Origin: Gammaproteobacteria bacterium
Lineage (GTDB): Bacteria > Pseudomonadota > Gammaproteobacteria > JAADGQ01
Length of the DNA: 64,000 bases
Direction of reading: 5' to 3'
Assembly (NCBI GenBank): GCA_013152295.1
Contig: JAADGQ010000131.1
Coordinates: 6,219-70,218, forward strand
Made by a program: the position numbers and the translations under genes. The first letter of the stretch is position 1, and the number at the start of each line of letters is the position of its first letter. The notes beneath the pieces were generated by a model, which saw only the letters and a list, made by a program, of their open reading frames with translations, was not told the DNA's origin and did not search any database. Shown one piece after another: positions 50,528-63,369 of the stretch.

Positions 50528-51061
50528 TTAGCTCTCTAGCTTCAGCTTTTTAATCAGGGGGATGATGGTTTCGTCCAGTGCTTTTCGCGTTACCGGACCA
50601 ATCTGCTTGTAGCGGATTGTGCCATTCTGGTCGATGAGGTAGGTCTCTGGAACGCCGTATACGCCGTAATCGAAACCAACTTTGCCTTCCACATCCTGAG
50701 CACTCAACACGTAGGGGTTGCCAAGCTGACGTAGCCAGCGGATGGCATCCGTCCGTTTATCTTTGTAGTTGAGACCATAGATCGGAACAATGTTCTGTTT
50801 GGCAAGCGCGATCAGCAGCGGGTGCTCGGCACGGCACGAGACGCACCACGATGCCCACACATTGAGCAGCCACACTTTGCCAGCCATATCGCTACGCGAG
50901 AATGTTTTTTCTGGCTGGTGCAACTGGCTGAGTTGAAACGCAGGCGCAGCTTTGTCAATCAACGGTGAAGGAACGTTGCGTGGATTGAGATCCAGCCCAA
51001 TCAGCAAAAACACGGCGATACCGATAAAAACGGCGAGCGGGGCAATAAAACGAATCATCAA
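50528..51061 (-). CDS. ccmG: thiol:disulfide interchange protein DsbE/CcmG
   Basis: WASWCVSCRAEHP active site and GVYGVPETYLID motif. Confidence 0.9.
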   Translation of the reverse strand: MMIRFIAPLAVFIGIAVFLLIGLDLNPRNVPSPLIDKAAPAFQLSQLHQPEKTFSRSDMAGKVWLLNVWASWCVSCRAEHPLLIALAKQNIVPIYGLNYKDKRTDAIRWLRQLGNPYVLSAQDVEGKVGFDYGVYGVPETYLIDQNGTIRYKQIGPVTRKALDETIIPLIKKLKLES

Positions 51062-53097
51062 CTACTAGCCTCTGTGGCGATGTTATTGTCAACAACCGCT
51101 CTACCATCGGCAATGGATGCCATACGCGCCTGTTGTTTGCGTGCGGCGATGCGGTAACGGCGGTCACTCATGGCCAGAAAACCGCCAATAGCGAGAAACC
51201 CACAGCCGCCCCACAACCAACCGATGAATGGTTTGTAGTAGACACGAACGCTCCAAGCGCCGCCGCTAAGTGGATCACCGAGCGATATGTAGAGATCGCG
51301 GGTAAAGCCATAATCGATAGCGGCCTCGGTCATAGGCATTGACTGTACGTTGTAAATACGTTTTTCCGGCTCCAGCACCATTAGATCTTTGCCGTCTTTG
51401 ATGACTTGAATCATGCCGCGGTTGGCGCGGTAATTTGGACCAGTGGTCGACATAACGCCATCAAAGCGAAAGGTGTAACCAGACATCGTCAAGGTGTCGC
51501 CCACCTCCATACGCACATCCTGCTCAACCTCATAGCCTTTAACCAAAGTGATGCCTGCGACGATGACTGCGAGTCCGAAATGAGCTACCTGCATACCCAG
51601 GTAGCCGTTGGGCAAGCCCAGTAACGCAGTGATAGCGCTTTTGCCGCGCTTTATCTCCTGAGCAATCCTGCTCCCGACCCCCTGCAAAATCGACAGCATC
51701 AGCCAAGCAGCCAAAAACAATCCGACACTCACCATGAGTGATATTTCACCCATCAAGAATGGCAGCGCAACAGCTAATACGATGCTGATAATGAACGACG
51801 TGCGCAGCTGTTTGATCAGCTCGCCTGCATTACCCTGCTTCCAGCGTACATAGGGGCCAATCGACATCAACAGCAGCAACGGAATCATCGGCAGCAGAAA
51901 CATGCTGTTGAAGTAGGGCTCACCGACAGATATTTTCGCAGGCTCGATAATGTTCAGTGCTACGAATGCATCGACGACCAGCGGGAACAGTGTGCCGAGC
52001 AGCACCACACCGAGTGCGACCACCAACAACACGTTATTGATGAGCAGCATGGTTTCTCGTGAGAAGGCGTTGAAACCACCGCCGAGCCCAACGCGCGGCG
52101 CACGCCATGCATAGAGCAACAGCGCGCCACCGATGACCACGCCAAGAAAGATCAGAATGAACAGGCCACGCTCGGGATCGGTGGCAAAGGCATGTACCGA
52201 TGTTAAAACACCGGAACGAACCAGAAAGGTGCCCAGCAAGCTCAGTGAAAAGGCGAGGATGGCGAGTAGTACCGTCCAACTGCGGAAGCCGCCCCGTTTT
52301 TCGGTGACAGCAAGCGAGTGGATCAGTGCAGTGCCAGCCAACCACGGCATGAATGATGCGTTTTCAACGGGGTCCCAAAACCACCAGCCGCCCCAACCAA
52401 GTTCGTAATAGGCCCACCAGCTCCCCAGACCAATGCCAATGGTGAGGAACACCCAGGCCACAGTTGTCCACGGTCGTGACCAGCGCGCCCAGGCGGCATC
52501 AAGTTTGCCGCCGATCAAGGCCGCGATGGCAAAGGCAAATGCAACGGAAAAACCGACGTAGCCCATATAGAGCATCGGTGGATGGATGACCAGCCCGAAA
52601 TCTTGCAGCAGCGGATTCAGGTCGCGACCATCGACAGCAGCCGGAAACAGCCGCTCAAACGGGTTGGAGGTAAACAGGATAAACAGCAAAAACCCAACAC
52701 AGATCAAACCCATAACACCCAGCACCCGGGCAGCCATTGCCGGGGAGAGGTGGCGACTGAAGAGCGCAACTGCTGTAGCCCAGCCTGAGAGCATCAAAAT
52801 CCACAACAGCAGAGAGCCCTCATGACCACCCCACACGGCGGCAACGCGGTACTGGATTGGCAGTGCCGAGTTGGAGTGTAACGCCACGTAGAGCACCGAG
52901 AAGTCATTCTGCACAAAGGCGTAGACGAGACAGCCGAAGGCGGTGGCGACAAACAGAAACAGCGCATACGCCGCCGGGCGAGCTACAGCAACCCACGCGG
53001 GAATGCGCAGAACCGTGCCAGCAATAGGCAGTATGCCGAGCAACAGTGCAACGCTGAGCGCGGTGATGAGGGCAAAATGCCCAATCTCTGGAATCAT
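51058..53097 (-). CDS. ccmF: cytochrome c haem lyase subunit CcmF
   Basis: 679 aa polytopic membrane protein with the WWxxD tryptophan-rich motif (WGGWWFWDPVEN). Confidence 0.9.
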   Translation of the reverse strand: MIPEIGHFALITALSVALLLGILPIAGTVLRIPAWVAVARPAAYALFLFVATAFGCLVYAFVQNDFSVLYVALHSNSALPIQYRVAAVWGGHEGSLLLWILMLSGWATAVALFSRHLSPAMAARVLGVMGLICVGFLLFILFTSNPFERLFPAAVDGRDLNPLLQDFGLVIHPPMLYMGYVGFSVAFAFAIAALIGGKLDAAWARWSRPWTTVAWVFLTIGIGLGSWWAYYELGWGGWWFWDPVENASFMPWLAGTALIHSLAVTEKRGGFRSWTVLLAILAFSLSLLGTFLVRSGVLTSVHAFATDPERGLFILIFLGVVIGGALLLYAWRAPRVGLGGGFNAFSRETMLLINNVLLVVALGVVLLGTLFPLVVDAFVALNIIEPAKISVGEPYFNSMFLLPMIPLLLLMSIGPYVRWKQGNAGELIKQLRTSFIISIVLAVALPFLMGEISLMVSVGLFLAAWLMLSILQGVGSRIAQEIKRGKSAITALLGLPNGYLGMQVAHFGLAVIVAGITLVKGYEVEQDVRMEVGDTLTMSGYTFRFDGVMSTTGPNYRANRGMIQVIKDGKDLMVLEPEKRIYNVQSMPMTEAAIDYGFTRDLYISLGDPLSGGAWSVRVYYKPFIGWLWGGCGFLAIGGFLAMSDRRYRIAARKQQARMASIADGRAVVDNNIATEASS

Positions 53098-53142
53098 GGT
53101 CAGCGTGTCCTTTTATATTGTCGCGCTTAACTTGTCGCTTAT

Positions 53143-53592
53143 TTACAGGGCGGGTTGCGCCACTGATGAGTTTGCCTGCTCAGCTTTCTCGAGCGCTGCC
53201 GCAACCTCGGGAGGCATGTAAGTCTCATCATGCTTGGCCAGCACCTCTTCGGCGTGGAACACGCCATCACTGCGCATGCGCCCCTGCGCGACCACCCCCT
53301 GCCCTTCCTGAAACAGGTCCGGGAGAATGCCGGTGTAGCTGACCGAGACCGTTTCGGCGTTGTCGGTGACATCAAAGCGCACCGTCAGACCCTCGCGTTT
53401 AACAGTCCCCTTTTTAACCAATCCACCCAAACGCATGGTGTGATCAACTGGTGCCTTATTGGCAACGATGTCGCTAGGGGAGAAAAAGTAGGCAAGGTTG
53501 CCCTCAAGTGCTTTGAGTACCAGTGTGGCCGCAATGGCGATAGCCACTAATCCACCGACAATAAAGGCCAGGCGTTTGTGTCTAGGTTTCAT
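53143..53592 (-). CDS. ccmE: cytochrome c-type biogenesis haem chaperone CcmE
   Basis: N-terminal TM and the conserved LAKHDETYMPPE region carrying the haem-binding His. Confidence 0.9.
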   Translation of the reverse strand: MKPRHKRLAFIVGGLVAIAIAATLVLKALEGNLAYFFSPSDIVANKAPVDHTMRLGGLVKKGTVKREGLTVRFDVTDNAETVSVSYTGILPDLFQEGQGVVAQGRMRSDGVFHAEEVLAKHDETYMPPEVAAALEKAEQANSSVAQPAL

Positions 53593-53761
53593 GACGTTTA
53601 GCTTCCTCAGCTTTAATCCGCATAATACGACTCAGCCGCTGCAGAATAGTTCGGCGACGCTGTTTTACCATCACAATTTCAACAATGATGAACAGCGCAC
53701 TGACACCGAATGAGCCCCAGACGTAGAAGGCGTGCCCACCCATCGCAAAAAAATCCGCCAT
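53582..53761 (-). CDS. ccmD: haem exporter protein CcmD (59 aa, absent from the ORF track)
   Basis: Manual translation gives MADFFAMGGHAFYVWGSFGVSALFIIVEIVMVKQRRRTILQRLSRIMRIKAEEAKRHET. Single TM with conserved YVW...G. 11-nt overlap with ccmE, 2-nt gap to ccmC. Confidence 0.7.
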   Translation of the reverse strand: MADFFAMGGHAFYVWGSFGVSALFIIVEIVMVKQRRRTILQRLSRIMRIKAEEAKRHET

Positions 53762-53763
53762 GG

Positions 53764-54522
53764 TTAACCTCTCCCGCCACGGTTGTCGGGACCGACTACC
53801 GAAGCGACCCAGTCTGTGTTTCGCTCACGCTCCAAAATAATGGAGCGCACCCGGCTTAACACCACAGCGATCGCGTAACTCCAGCAGGCAGCAGTCATAA
53901 TCAGCAGCGTGGTCAGCATGATGCTGGTCATCGAAGGAGCAGCGCCAGGGCTGATGGATGCACCTTGGTGAAGGGTGTTCCACCACTGCACCGAGTAGTA
54001 GATGATCGGGATATTGACCGCGCCGACGAGCGCCAACAGAGCGCTGGCTTTATCGGCGCGACGTGGATCGTCGATGGAGGCGTGCAGGGCCATGAAACCA
54101 AAATAGAGGAACAGTAGAATCAGTTCAGAGGTGAGGCGTGCATCCCACACCCACCATGCACCCCACATCGGCTTGCCCCACAGTGCGCCGGTCCACAGCG
54201 CGAGAAAGGTAAACATCGCGCCGGTTGGTGCCAACGCCTGACTCATCATCGCGGAAACGCGCGTCTTGAAAGCCAGCCCGATCGCGGCCCACATCGCCAT
54301 GACCAGATAGATGAACATCGACATCCACGCCGCCGGGACGTGAATAAACATAATGCGATAGCCCTCACCCTGCTTGTAGTCGGTGGGTGCCACGAAGAAG
54401 CTGAGGTAGAGCCCGACGACCATTAGCACTACAGCGAGCACACCAAACAGCGGTGCTAATCGGCCTGCCAGCGGATAAAAGGTGGGCGGCGAAGCGTACT
54501 TGAACCAGTTAATAGAACTCAT
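53764..54522 (-). CDS. ccmC: haem exporter protein CcmC
   Basis: WGxxWxWD tryptophan-rich motif (WGAWWVWDARL). Confidence 0.9.
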   Translation of the reverse strand: MSSINWFKYASPPTFYPLAGRLAPLFGVLAVVLMVVGLYLSFFVAPTDYKQGEGYRIMFIHVPAAWMSMFIYLVMAMWAAIGLAFKTRVSAMMSQALAPTGAMFTFLALWTGALWGKPMWGAWWVWDARLTSELILLFLYFGFMALHASIDDPRRADKASALLALVGAVNIPIIYYSVQWWNTLHQGASISPGAAPSMTSIMLTTLLIMTAACWSYAIAVVLSRVRSIILERERNTDWVASVVGPDNRGGRG

Positions 54523-54554
54523 AATTGGCGATACAACCCGTTATCGTAATCTTT

Positions 54555-55229
54555 TTATTCAATGGAAATGCGTAGTGCTGCGACAGCAGAGATGGGCGAG
54601 AAACAGAGCGCCAACACAAAAATAGCGCCGAGCATGGCAACATGGCTCTGTGCACCCAACCCGGATGTGCTCGCCTCAACGGCACCAGCCCCAAAAATCA
54701 GTACAGGAATGCACAACGGCAGCACGATCAGTGACAGCAGCACCCCGCCACCACGAAGGCCCAGCGTCAACGCTGCGCCAATAGCGCCGACCAAGCTCAG
54801 CACCGGAGTGCCAAGCAGCAGCGTTACGACCAGCACTCCCAATGCATCCAGCGCCATGTCGTACTGCAAGCCCAACAGCGGCGCCATCAATACAATCGGC
54901 AGACCTGAAACCAGCCAGTGAGCGCATATTTTTCCGAACACCAGCACCGATGGCGGCTGCGGTGTCAGCAGCATCTGCTCCAGACTGCCATCATCATAGT
55001 CGTTGGCAAACAGTCGCTCCATTGACAGCATCGATGCCAACAGCGCAGCAACCCAGACCACTCCAGGGGCGATAGTGCGCAGCGTGTCACTCTCAGGCCC
55101 GATACCCAAAGGGAACAGGCTGACCACAATGACGAAAAAGAACAGCGTCGTAAACACATCCGATTTGCGTCGTATGGCCAGGGTGAGATCGCGCCTCACT
55201 ATACAGCGAAATGTTGCCCACATACCCAT
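54555..55229 (-). CDS. ccmB: haem exporter permease CcmB
   Basis: Six-TM ABC permease. Start set at MGMWATF (55229), 5 nt after the ccmA stop; the ORF extends to 55277. Confidence 0.85.
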   Translation of the reverse strand: MGMWATFRCIVRRDLTLAIRRKSDVFTTLFFFVIVVSLFPLGIGPESDTLRTIAPGVVWVAALLASMLSMERLFANDYDDGSLEQMLLTPQPPSVLVFGKICAHWLVSGLPIVLMAPLLGLQYDMALDALGVLVVTLLLGTPVLSLVGAIGAALTLGLRGGGVLLSLIVLPLCIPVLIFGAGAVEASTSGLGAQSHVAMLGAIFVLALCFSPISAVAALRISIE

Positions 55230-55234
55230 GGTTA

Positions 55235-55852
55235 CTATGCGTCTAACTCTATCTCTTGCACGCGACCCGACGTCCACTCAATCTCTTGATGAGTTGTCAG
55301 CACCACCAAACCGCCTTGCGCCACATGCCGCTCAATGACCTCACGCAGCTGCTCAACCGCAGCGCTGTCCAGCGCAACAAATGGTTCGTCCAGTATCCAC
55401 AGGCGCGCCGTTGTCAGCAGCAGACGCGCCAAAGCGACGCGGCGCTTCTGGCCCTGCGACAGCACTCTGACCGGCAGATCTTCATAACCGCGCAGACCAA
55501 CCTCTTGCAGAGCATCCCAAATCTGCGTCTCTGCCAAATCGTCGCCATCAAGCTGGGCAGCGACGGATAAATTCTCTACCGCCGTTAAGTCACCTTTAAC
55601 TGCGTTGAGGTGCCCCAGATACAGAACCTCTCGACAAAACCCTTCAGCCAGTGCGCCGATCTTTTCATCGCGCCAACGGATCTCTCCCTGCTCCGGCTCA
55701 CTGAGACCGCACAGTGTACGCAGCAACGTGGTTTTGCCGCTGCCATTGCGACCACGCAAGTGCAACACTTCACCCTCGCCCAATGAAAAATTCAGAGCGG
55801 AAAACAGGCGACGATCACCGCGCACGCACTCCAGATCAACAACACTCAGCAT
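55235..55852 (-). CDS. ccmA: cytochrome c biogenesis ATP-binding export protein CcmA
   Basis: Walker A (GRNGSGKTTLL), ABC signature (LSQGQKRRVALA), Walker B (ILDEP). Confidence 0.85.
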   Translation of the reverse strand: MLSVVDLECVRGDRRLFSALNFSLGEGEVLHLRGRNGSGKTTLLRTLCGLSEPEQGEIRWRDEKIGALAEGFCREVLYLGHLNAVKGDLTAVENLSVAAQLDGDDLAETQIWDALQEVGLRGYEDLPVRVLSQGQKRRVALARLLLTTARLWILDEPFVALDSAAVEQLREVIERHVAQGGLVVLTTHQEIEWTSGRVQEIELDA

Positions 55853-56361
55853 TTATAGCGTATCCGCTGGCAGACGAAACGGGCGAGTATACAATATTAG
55901 CGCCAAGCTAAGAAATTATAGTGCGGAGAAATATTTGCACCCTAATATAGCCTGCGCAAACACTTTATCACCATGAATTAATTAATATTTCTCCACACCT
56001 CAGCGATACACCAAAGCACTAAACAGGGGCGCAAAAAAGCATTATGGCAATTACTGCGCGACTTGAGTCTTGATTTTTGACAAAAACCTATTTTAAATGT
56101 GCCTTTGTCGCTATTCATAAGGCGGCGGAAAATGTAGAATCTACGCCGCCCGCAGGGCTGGCGGCTGGGGATCGTGAGGAGAACATCTGTTTTTTTGCGT
56201 GACTTGGCATTTTGCAGCCGGGTGAGCCCTGAAATTGGATGATTGACCAAGGGCGTTATCAATAATAAACGGGGTGGAGGAGTGCAGGTTCAAGCTTCTG
56301 ACTATTCCGAGAAACGACAGAACTTTAACGACAAGACAGACAGACTAAAAGGCTTTTAACC

Positions 56362-56667
56362 ATGAAAAAGAGACGACTAGGTAAGGCGTTGTTCATATGC
56401 TTGTTGCCGATTTTGGCCGTTGGTTGTGCATCAACCGCCGAACTGAGCAAACTAAAAGAGTCCGTAGCTTCTGCTCAGACAACCGCCGACGAAGCAAAAG
56501 CGATGGCTGCTGATGCGAAGAGCATGGCGCAACAAGCGATGGACAAAGCAAACACGGCTGATTCAAATGCAGGTAGCGCCCAGCGTGCTGCTGAGAACGC
56601 GCTGGCTGAAGCACGCAAAGCCAACGAAAAAGCGGGTCGCATGTTTCAAAAGGCGATCAGCAAATAA
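56362..56667 (+). CDS. Lpp/OprI-like alanine-zipper lipoprotein with C-terminal Lys
   Basis: Lipobox LAVGCAS, Ala-rich heptad-like coiled coil, terminal ...QKAISK (Lys at the C-terminus, as in peptidoglycan-linked Lpp). Confidence 0.55.
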   Translation: MKKRRLGKALFICLLPILAVGCASTAELSKLKESVASAQTTADEAKAMAADAKSMAQQAMDKANTADSNAGSAQRAAENALAEARKANEKAGRMFQKAISK

Positions 56668-56675
56668 GGTGTTGT

Positions 56676-56717
56676 AAAAAACTGCCGCTCTTGGGCTAAA
56701 TAGAGCGGCAGCTTTTT
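56676..56717. terminator. bidirectional intrinsic terminator between the Lpp-like gene and serS
   Basis: A-tract, then CTGCCGCTC...GAGCGGCAG 9-bp stem, then TTTTT. Confidence 0.6.
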
Positions 56718-56748
56718 CCCGTCTGTTCCTCCCTCCCGGCTTCAGTCG

Positions 56749-58388
<1,640 letters not shown>

Positions 58389-58786
58389 GTGCCGCCGACG
58401 CAGAGGCCCACGCTGAGCACCATGTTCAGCACCGCCTTAATACGCTCACCCTGCTCGATCAGATTCAGCGTCTCGATAGAGAAGGTGGAGAACGTAGTGA
58501 ATGCGCCCAACAATCCCACCAGCAACGCGCCCCGCCACTCTGCACTGATGGTGACGCGATCCGTCAACAGCACGTAGAGCACCCCCATCAACAACGAGCC
58601 GAGCACATTCACGGCCAGCGTGCCATAAGGGAATGAGCGACCAACTACCGCGTAGACCCAGTTAGACATGGTAAAGCGCATCACCGCACCGGCGGCGCCA
58701 CCGGCCGCGATGGCGAACAGTTGCGTCATGCGCCTGTCCTGTTGTTGAGCTGAATCAAGCTATTAAACCGAATCAAACGATGTGGA

Positions 58787-60097
58787 TTATTGATCATCGT
58801 GCGCCTGTCCATCCCGTTGCTCTCTGTTTTGCGCCTCTCTATCCAACGCTTTCAGATGATTTAACTTTTCGCCGATTTTGATCTCAAGGCCACGTGGCGC
58901 TGGACTGTAGTAGCGCCTGCCGCTCAGCTGCTCGGGAAAATAGTCCTCTGCCGCCGCATAAGCCTCGGGTTCGTCGTGTGCGTAGCGGTAATCTTTTCCG
59001 TAATCGAGTTCTTTCATCAGGCGTGTCGGTGCGTTGCGCAAATGCAGTGGCACCTCCAGCGAGCCGAATTTTTTGGCATCCGCCGCAGCGGCTTTATGAG
59101 CCATGTAAACAGCATTGCTCTTCGCGGCGCAGGCAAGATAAGTGACCGCTTGCGACAATGCCAGCTCGCCCTCGGGGCTGCCCAGTCGCTGCAATATTTC
59201 CCAGCTATTGAGCGCCAGCGTCAACGCGCGCGGATCGGCATTGCCAATATCTTCGCTGGCCATGCGCACCACGCGCCGGGCAATATACAGCGGGTCGCAG
59301 CCACCGTCCAACATGCGCGCCAACCAGTAGAGGGCGGCGTCCGGGGCCGAGCCGCGCACCGCTTTGTGCAGTGCTGAGATCTGATCATAAAACGCTTCGC
59401 CGTGGTGATCAAAACGGCGCGTGCCGCCCGCCAGCACCTCGTCCAGCAATGTTGCGCTAACAACCAAAGCGTCGTGTTGCTGCTCGGCAAGGCTACAGGC
59501 GATCTCAAGAAAATTGAGGGCGCGGCGGCCGTCGCCATCTGCGGCGCTGGCGATGCGATCACGCAGCTCGGTAGCAATATCGATCGTGTCACCACCGAGA
59601 CCGTTCTCTTTATCGAGCAGCGCACGATCGATAAGTTGGCGAATTTCATCGGGCTGCAACGCTTTGAGCACGTAGACGCGGGCACGCGAGAGCAGCGCGT
59701 TATTCAACTCAAATGACGGATTCTCAGTGGTTGCACCAATGAAGGTAAAAGTACCGTTTTCAACAGCGGGCAGAAATGCATCCTGTTGCGATTTGTTAAA
59801 GCGGTGGACCTCATCGATGAACAGTACCGTACCGCGACCGCTGTGCTGACGCGCGTGCTGCGCCTGCTCGACAGCAGCGCGCACATCTTTGACACCCGCG
59901 AGCACCGCCGACAGGGTAATCATCTGCGCATCGGCCTGTGCGGCCATCATACGTGCCAACGTGGTTTTGCCGGTGCCGGGTGGCCCCCACAAGATCATAG
60001 AGTGCAGGCGGTCCGATTCGACCGCGCGACGCAGCGGCTTTCCCGGTCCGAGCAGGTGCTGCTGACCGCAGAAATCAGCCAGTATGCGTGGCCGCAT
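58787..60097 (-). CDS. rarA: replication-associated recombination protein A
   Basis: AAA+ Walker [13 protein letters not shown], sensor motifs and MgsA C-terminal domain. True start may lie further upstream, overlapping lolA. Confidence 0.9.
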   Translation of the reverse strand: MRPRILADFCGQQHLLGPGKPLRRAVESDRLHSMILWGPPGTGKTTLARMMAAQADAQMITLSAVLAGVKDVRAAVEQAQHARQHSGRGTVLFIDEVHRFNKSQQDAFLPAVENGTFTFIGATTENPSFELNNALLSRARVYVLKALQPDEIRQLIDRALLDKENGLGGDTIDIATELRDRIASAADGDGRRALNFLEIACSLAEQQHDALVVSATLLDEVLAGGTRRFDHHGEAFYDQISALHKAVRGSAPDAALYWLARMLDGGCDPLYIARRVVRMASEDIGNADPRALTLALNSWEILQRLGSPEGELALSQAVTYLACAAKSNAVYMAHKAAAADAKKFGSLEVPLHLRNAPTRLMKELDYGKDYRYAHDEPEAYAAAEDYFPEQLSGRRYYSPAPRGLEIKIGEKLNHLKALDREAQNREQRDGQAHDDQ

Positions 60098-60156
60098 GCG
60101 ATCTGCCAGCGGGCGAAACTCGTCCGCTGGGTGCTGTTTCGCTTGTCTATGCGTGG

Positions 60157-60792
60157 CTATTGCTGCTCTCCCACCACATCGACGCCTGCTGGCACGACAA
60201 AGCGGAACAGCTCATCTTTTAACCGGATGTTGCGCTGACTATTGCTGAACTCCAGATAGGTGGTCTGATCGAACGCGTCGCGTAGCTCCATCGCCTGCAG
60301 GGTCTGCTCGCTAAAGCCAAGCCGCACCCGCTTGAAGTTGCTGTCAGTGGCCTTTGGGCTCAGCTCGACCCACTCCACCCCTTTGATGTTGCCCAGTTCG
60401 CGAATGTTGAAGCGCTCGTCCAGAGCAACAGATTGAGTGAGCAGCAGCGCCGGTGTATCGCCGAGTTCGCTGGACTGGGGCTTCACCGTGACCTGCTCCA
60501 AATCTTCGTCATAGAGCCAAATATTGCGTCCATCAGCGATGATCAGCTGAATGAATGGTTCGATATATTCCCAGCGAAAACGGCCCGGCTGTGACAGATA
60601 AAACGTGCCCTCTGCGCGCTGCGTGACCTGGCCATCGTCATTCAGAATGATCTGTGTGAATTGCGCGCGCAGAGTCTGCGTCTCTTTGTAGAAGTTCTGC
60701 AACTGCGCTGCGCCACCACCTGCGTGACTGGTCAGTGATGCGGTGATGAGTAACGTGCCGAGCAGGCGACGAATCAGTGGGGTTATTGGCAT
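60157..60792 (-). CDS. lolA: outer-membrane lipoprotein carrier protein
   Basis: Signal peptide followed by the LolA fold N-terminus (QLQNFYKETQTLRAQFTQ). Confidence 0.85.
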   Translation of the reverse strand: MPITPLIRRLLGTLLITASLTSHAGGGAAQLQNFYKETQTLRAQFTQIILNDDGQVTQRAEGTFYLSQPGRFRWEYIEPFIQLIIADGRNIWLYDEDLEQVTVKPQSSELGDTPALLLTQSVALDERFNIRELGNIKGVEWVELSPKATDSNFKRVRLGFSEQTLQAMELRDAFDQTTYLEFSNSQRNIRLKDELFRFVVPAGVDVVGEQQ

Positions 60793-61013
60793 AGATAATG
60801 AGGCCTTAGTATTAGTCGTTGCGTATGTTCTCGCATATAAAAAAGTACTTTTTTCACCCTGATGGGGAAAATTAACTGCGAATATTTATGCCGCTATTCA
60901 TGCAGATCACCTGTAGGTCCGTTCAAGCTTTGGCGGAACGGGCGAGGCTTTTCTGCGTATCAACGCCTGATCCGCTGAGGCTTGATCAGGCCTACGGCGA
61001 TGTTTAACGCAGG

Positions 61014-63329
61014 TTAATCCCGTGCGGGCGGCGCTGGTGCCAGCACTTCGCGAGAACCATTGGACTGCACCGGGCCGACAACACCAGCCGCCTCCATCGC
61101 CTCGACCAGCCGCGCAGCCCGGTTATAACCGATTTTGAGCCGCCGCTGCACACCCGAGACGGAGGCACGGCGTGTTTCGGTCACAATCTGCAACGCCTCA
61201 TCGTAGAGTGGATCGCTTTCGGCATCCGAGTTGCCGCTCTTTTCACCAGGCAGCCCGATATCGACCACCTCGGCGTGCAACACCTCTTCGATGTAGTCCG
61301 GCTCACCACTCCCACGCAGATGGGCGACGACGCGGTGTACCTCTTCATCCGAGACAAAAGCACCGTGCACGCGCGTGGGCACGCTGGTGCCCGGCGGCAG
61401 ATAGAGCATGTCGCCATGGCCGAGCAGCTGCTCGGCGCCCATCTGATCAAGAATGGTGCGCGAATCGATTTTTGACGAAACCTGAAAGGCCATGCGTGTA
61501 GGGATATTGGCTTTGATCAGCCCGGTCAACACATCCACAGAGGGGCGTTGTGTAGCAAGAATCAGGTGAATGCCCGAAGCACGTGCTTTCTGCGCCAGCC
61601 GCGCGATCAGCTGTTCAACCTTTTTGCCCACTACCATCATCATGTCGGCAAGCTCATCGACAACAACCACGATAAACGGAATATGCTCCAGCATCGGCTG
61701 GTCGGCCAGGCTATCGCCGGGCTGTGGCGTAAACGTAGGGTCAGGAATCGGCGTACCGTTTTTTTCGGCCTCGCTGATTTTTTTGTTGTAACCACCGATG
61801 TTACGCACGCCAACTGAAGCCATCCAGCGGTAACGCTTCTCCATCTCGGCCACGCACCAGCGCAGCGCTGTGGCGGCATCTTTCATATCGGTGACCACCG
61901 GCGTCAACAGGTGTGGTATGCCTTCGTAGATCGACAGTTCAAGCATTTTCGGATCGATCATGATCAGCCGCACATCCCGTGCGGTGGCGTTGTAGAGCAA
62001 ACTCAGCAGCATTGCGTTAACCGCCACCGATTTGCCCGACCCGGTCGTGCCTGCGACCAGCAAGTGGGGCATCTTGATCAGGTCAACCACAACCGGCAGG
62101 CCGACGATATCTTTGCCCAGAGCCAGACTGAGTGGTGATCCGGCACAATCATAGGCTTTGGATTTGATGATTTCGCTGAGGCACACAGTTTCGCGCAGCT
62201 CATTAGGGATCTCCAGCCCGATCACCGGCTTGCCGGGGATGACCTCCACCACGCGCACGCTATTGACGGAGAGCGCGCGCGCCAGATCTTTGCTGAGGTT
62301 GGTGACCTGATTGACCTTGAGGCCCGCAGCAAGCTCCAGCTCAAAACTGGTGATGATGGGGCCGGGGTGTACCGCAACAACCCGCGCCTCAACACCGAAG
62401 TCACGCAGCTTTAGCTCTACCTGGCGCGACAGCACCTCCAGCGACTCCTTCGATGGCCCGCCGACGTGCGGCTCTTTGTTATCGAGCAGTGACAGAGGTG
62501 GCAGGGTGGTGTTTGGGTTGGTGTCGGTAAACAGCGGCAGTTGCCGCTCCTGATCGACCCGCTCACTGATCTCGATGACATTCAACGTCGGTTCAATGCG
62601 CGGTGGTGGGCGCTGCTCCACTTTTTTGACCTCTTCACGGATCGACTCCGCACGCTGCTGCTGCACCATTCTGAAACGCGCATACTCACTCAAACGACCC
62701 AATTGAATGCGCAGATAGTCGCCGAACTGAAGCGTAATGCGGCCCGTACTGTCGATCAGCCAGACCCAGGAGAGGCCGGTAAACAGTGTGATACCGGTCA
62801 GGAACAGCGCCAGTAAAAACAGCGTCGCACCAAGAAAGCTGAACAGTTTAACCAGCAGTGCGCCGAACAGATCACCGAGGATACCGCCCGACTGCAGCGG
62901 CAGATGCTGGCCAAACTCGCCGAAGTGCAGCGCAGCGATGGCGGCGCCAGTGCTGAGGGTCAACACAAACCCCGTTGCGGCGAGTACCAGCGGATAGCGG
63001 TGGATCTCTACGCCAGGCTTGCTGCTGCGACCGCGATAGAGGGTGAGCGCAGCATGGATCACCATCAACGGAAAGAGGTAAGCCATATAACCAAACAGAT
63101 AAAAAAAGAGATCGGCAAACCAGGCGCCGACGACGCCGCCGGTGTTAGTCGGTACTGTGTTACCACCATGATGAGACCAGCCCGGATCAGCGGGATCGTA
63201 GCTGGTCAGCGATATGAACAGATAGATGGCAATCGCACCAAACAGCCACAGCGCAATTTCGCGAACGCCCTTGCCCATATAAGCTGTGGTGGACGGCGTA
63301 TTCTGCTTCTTCTTTGTAGCTTGTCCCAA
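61014..63329 (-). CDS. ftsK: DNA translocase FtsK (short-linker form, 771 aa)
   Basis: Four N-terminal TM helices; motor domain with Walker A (GTTGSGKS) and Walker B; C-terminal gamma winged-helix domain ([18 protein letters not shown]). Confidence 0.9.
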   Translation of the reverse strand: MGQATKKKQNTPSTTAYMGKGVREIALWLFGAIAIYLFISLTSYDPADPGWSHHGGNTVPTNTGGVVGAWFADLFFYLFGYMAYLFPLMVIHAALTLYRGRSSKPGVEIHRYPLVLAATGFVLTLSTGAAIAALHFGEFGQHLPLQSGGILGDLFGALLVKLFSFLGATLFLLALFLTGITLFTGLSWVWLIDSTGRITLQFGDYLRIQLGRLSEYARFRMVQQQRAESIREEVKKVEQRPPPRIEPTLNVIEISERVDQERQLPLFTDTNPNTTLPPLSLLDNKEPHVGGPSKESLEVLSRQVELKLRDFGVEARVVAVHPGPIITSFELELAAGLKVNQVTNLSKDLARALSVNSVRVVEVIPGKPVIGLEIPNELRETVCLSEIIKSKAYDCAGSPLSLALGKDIVGLPVVVDLIKMPHLLVAGTTGSGKSVAVNAMLLSLLYNATARDVRLIMIDPKMLELSIYEGIPHLLTPVVTDMKDAATALRWCVAEMEKRYRWMASVGVRNIGGYNKKISEAEKNGTPIPDPTFTPQPGDSLADQPMLEHIPFIVVVVDELADMMMVVGKKVEQLIARLAQKARASGIHLILATQRPSVDVLTGLIKANIPTRMAFQVSSKIDSRTILDQMGAEQLLGHGDMLYLPPGTSVPTRVHGAFVSDEEVHRVVAHLRGSGEPDYIEEVLHAEVVDIGLPGEKSGNSDAESDPLYDEALQIVTETRRASVSGVQRRLKIGYNRAARLVEAMEAAGVVGPVQSNGSREVLAPAPPARD

Positions 63330-63369
63330 CGATGTAGCCTTTAGTATCTGTCAGCGAGGGCTCACATAA

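Noticed and set aside
56190-56215. TGGCATTTTGCAGC resembling a sigma-54 element upstream of the Lpp-like gene
   Set aside because: GG-to-GC spacing is 6 nt rather than the required 10; not a valid -24/-12 promoter.
58730-58786. Possible fluoride riboswitch upstream of crcB
   Set aside because: Region is only 57 nt, and the conserved GGCGAUGGNGUUCGCC / CUGAUG core is not present on the crcB strand.
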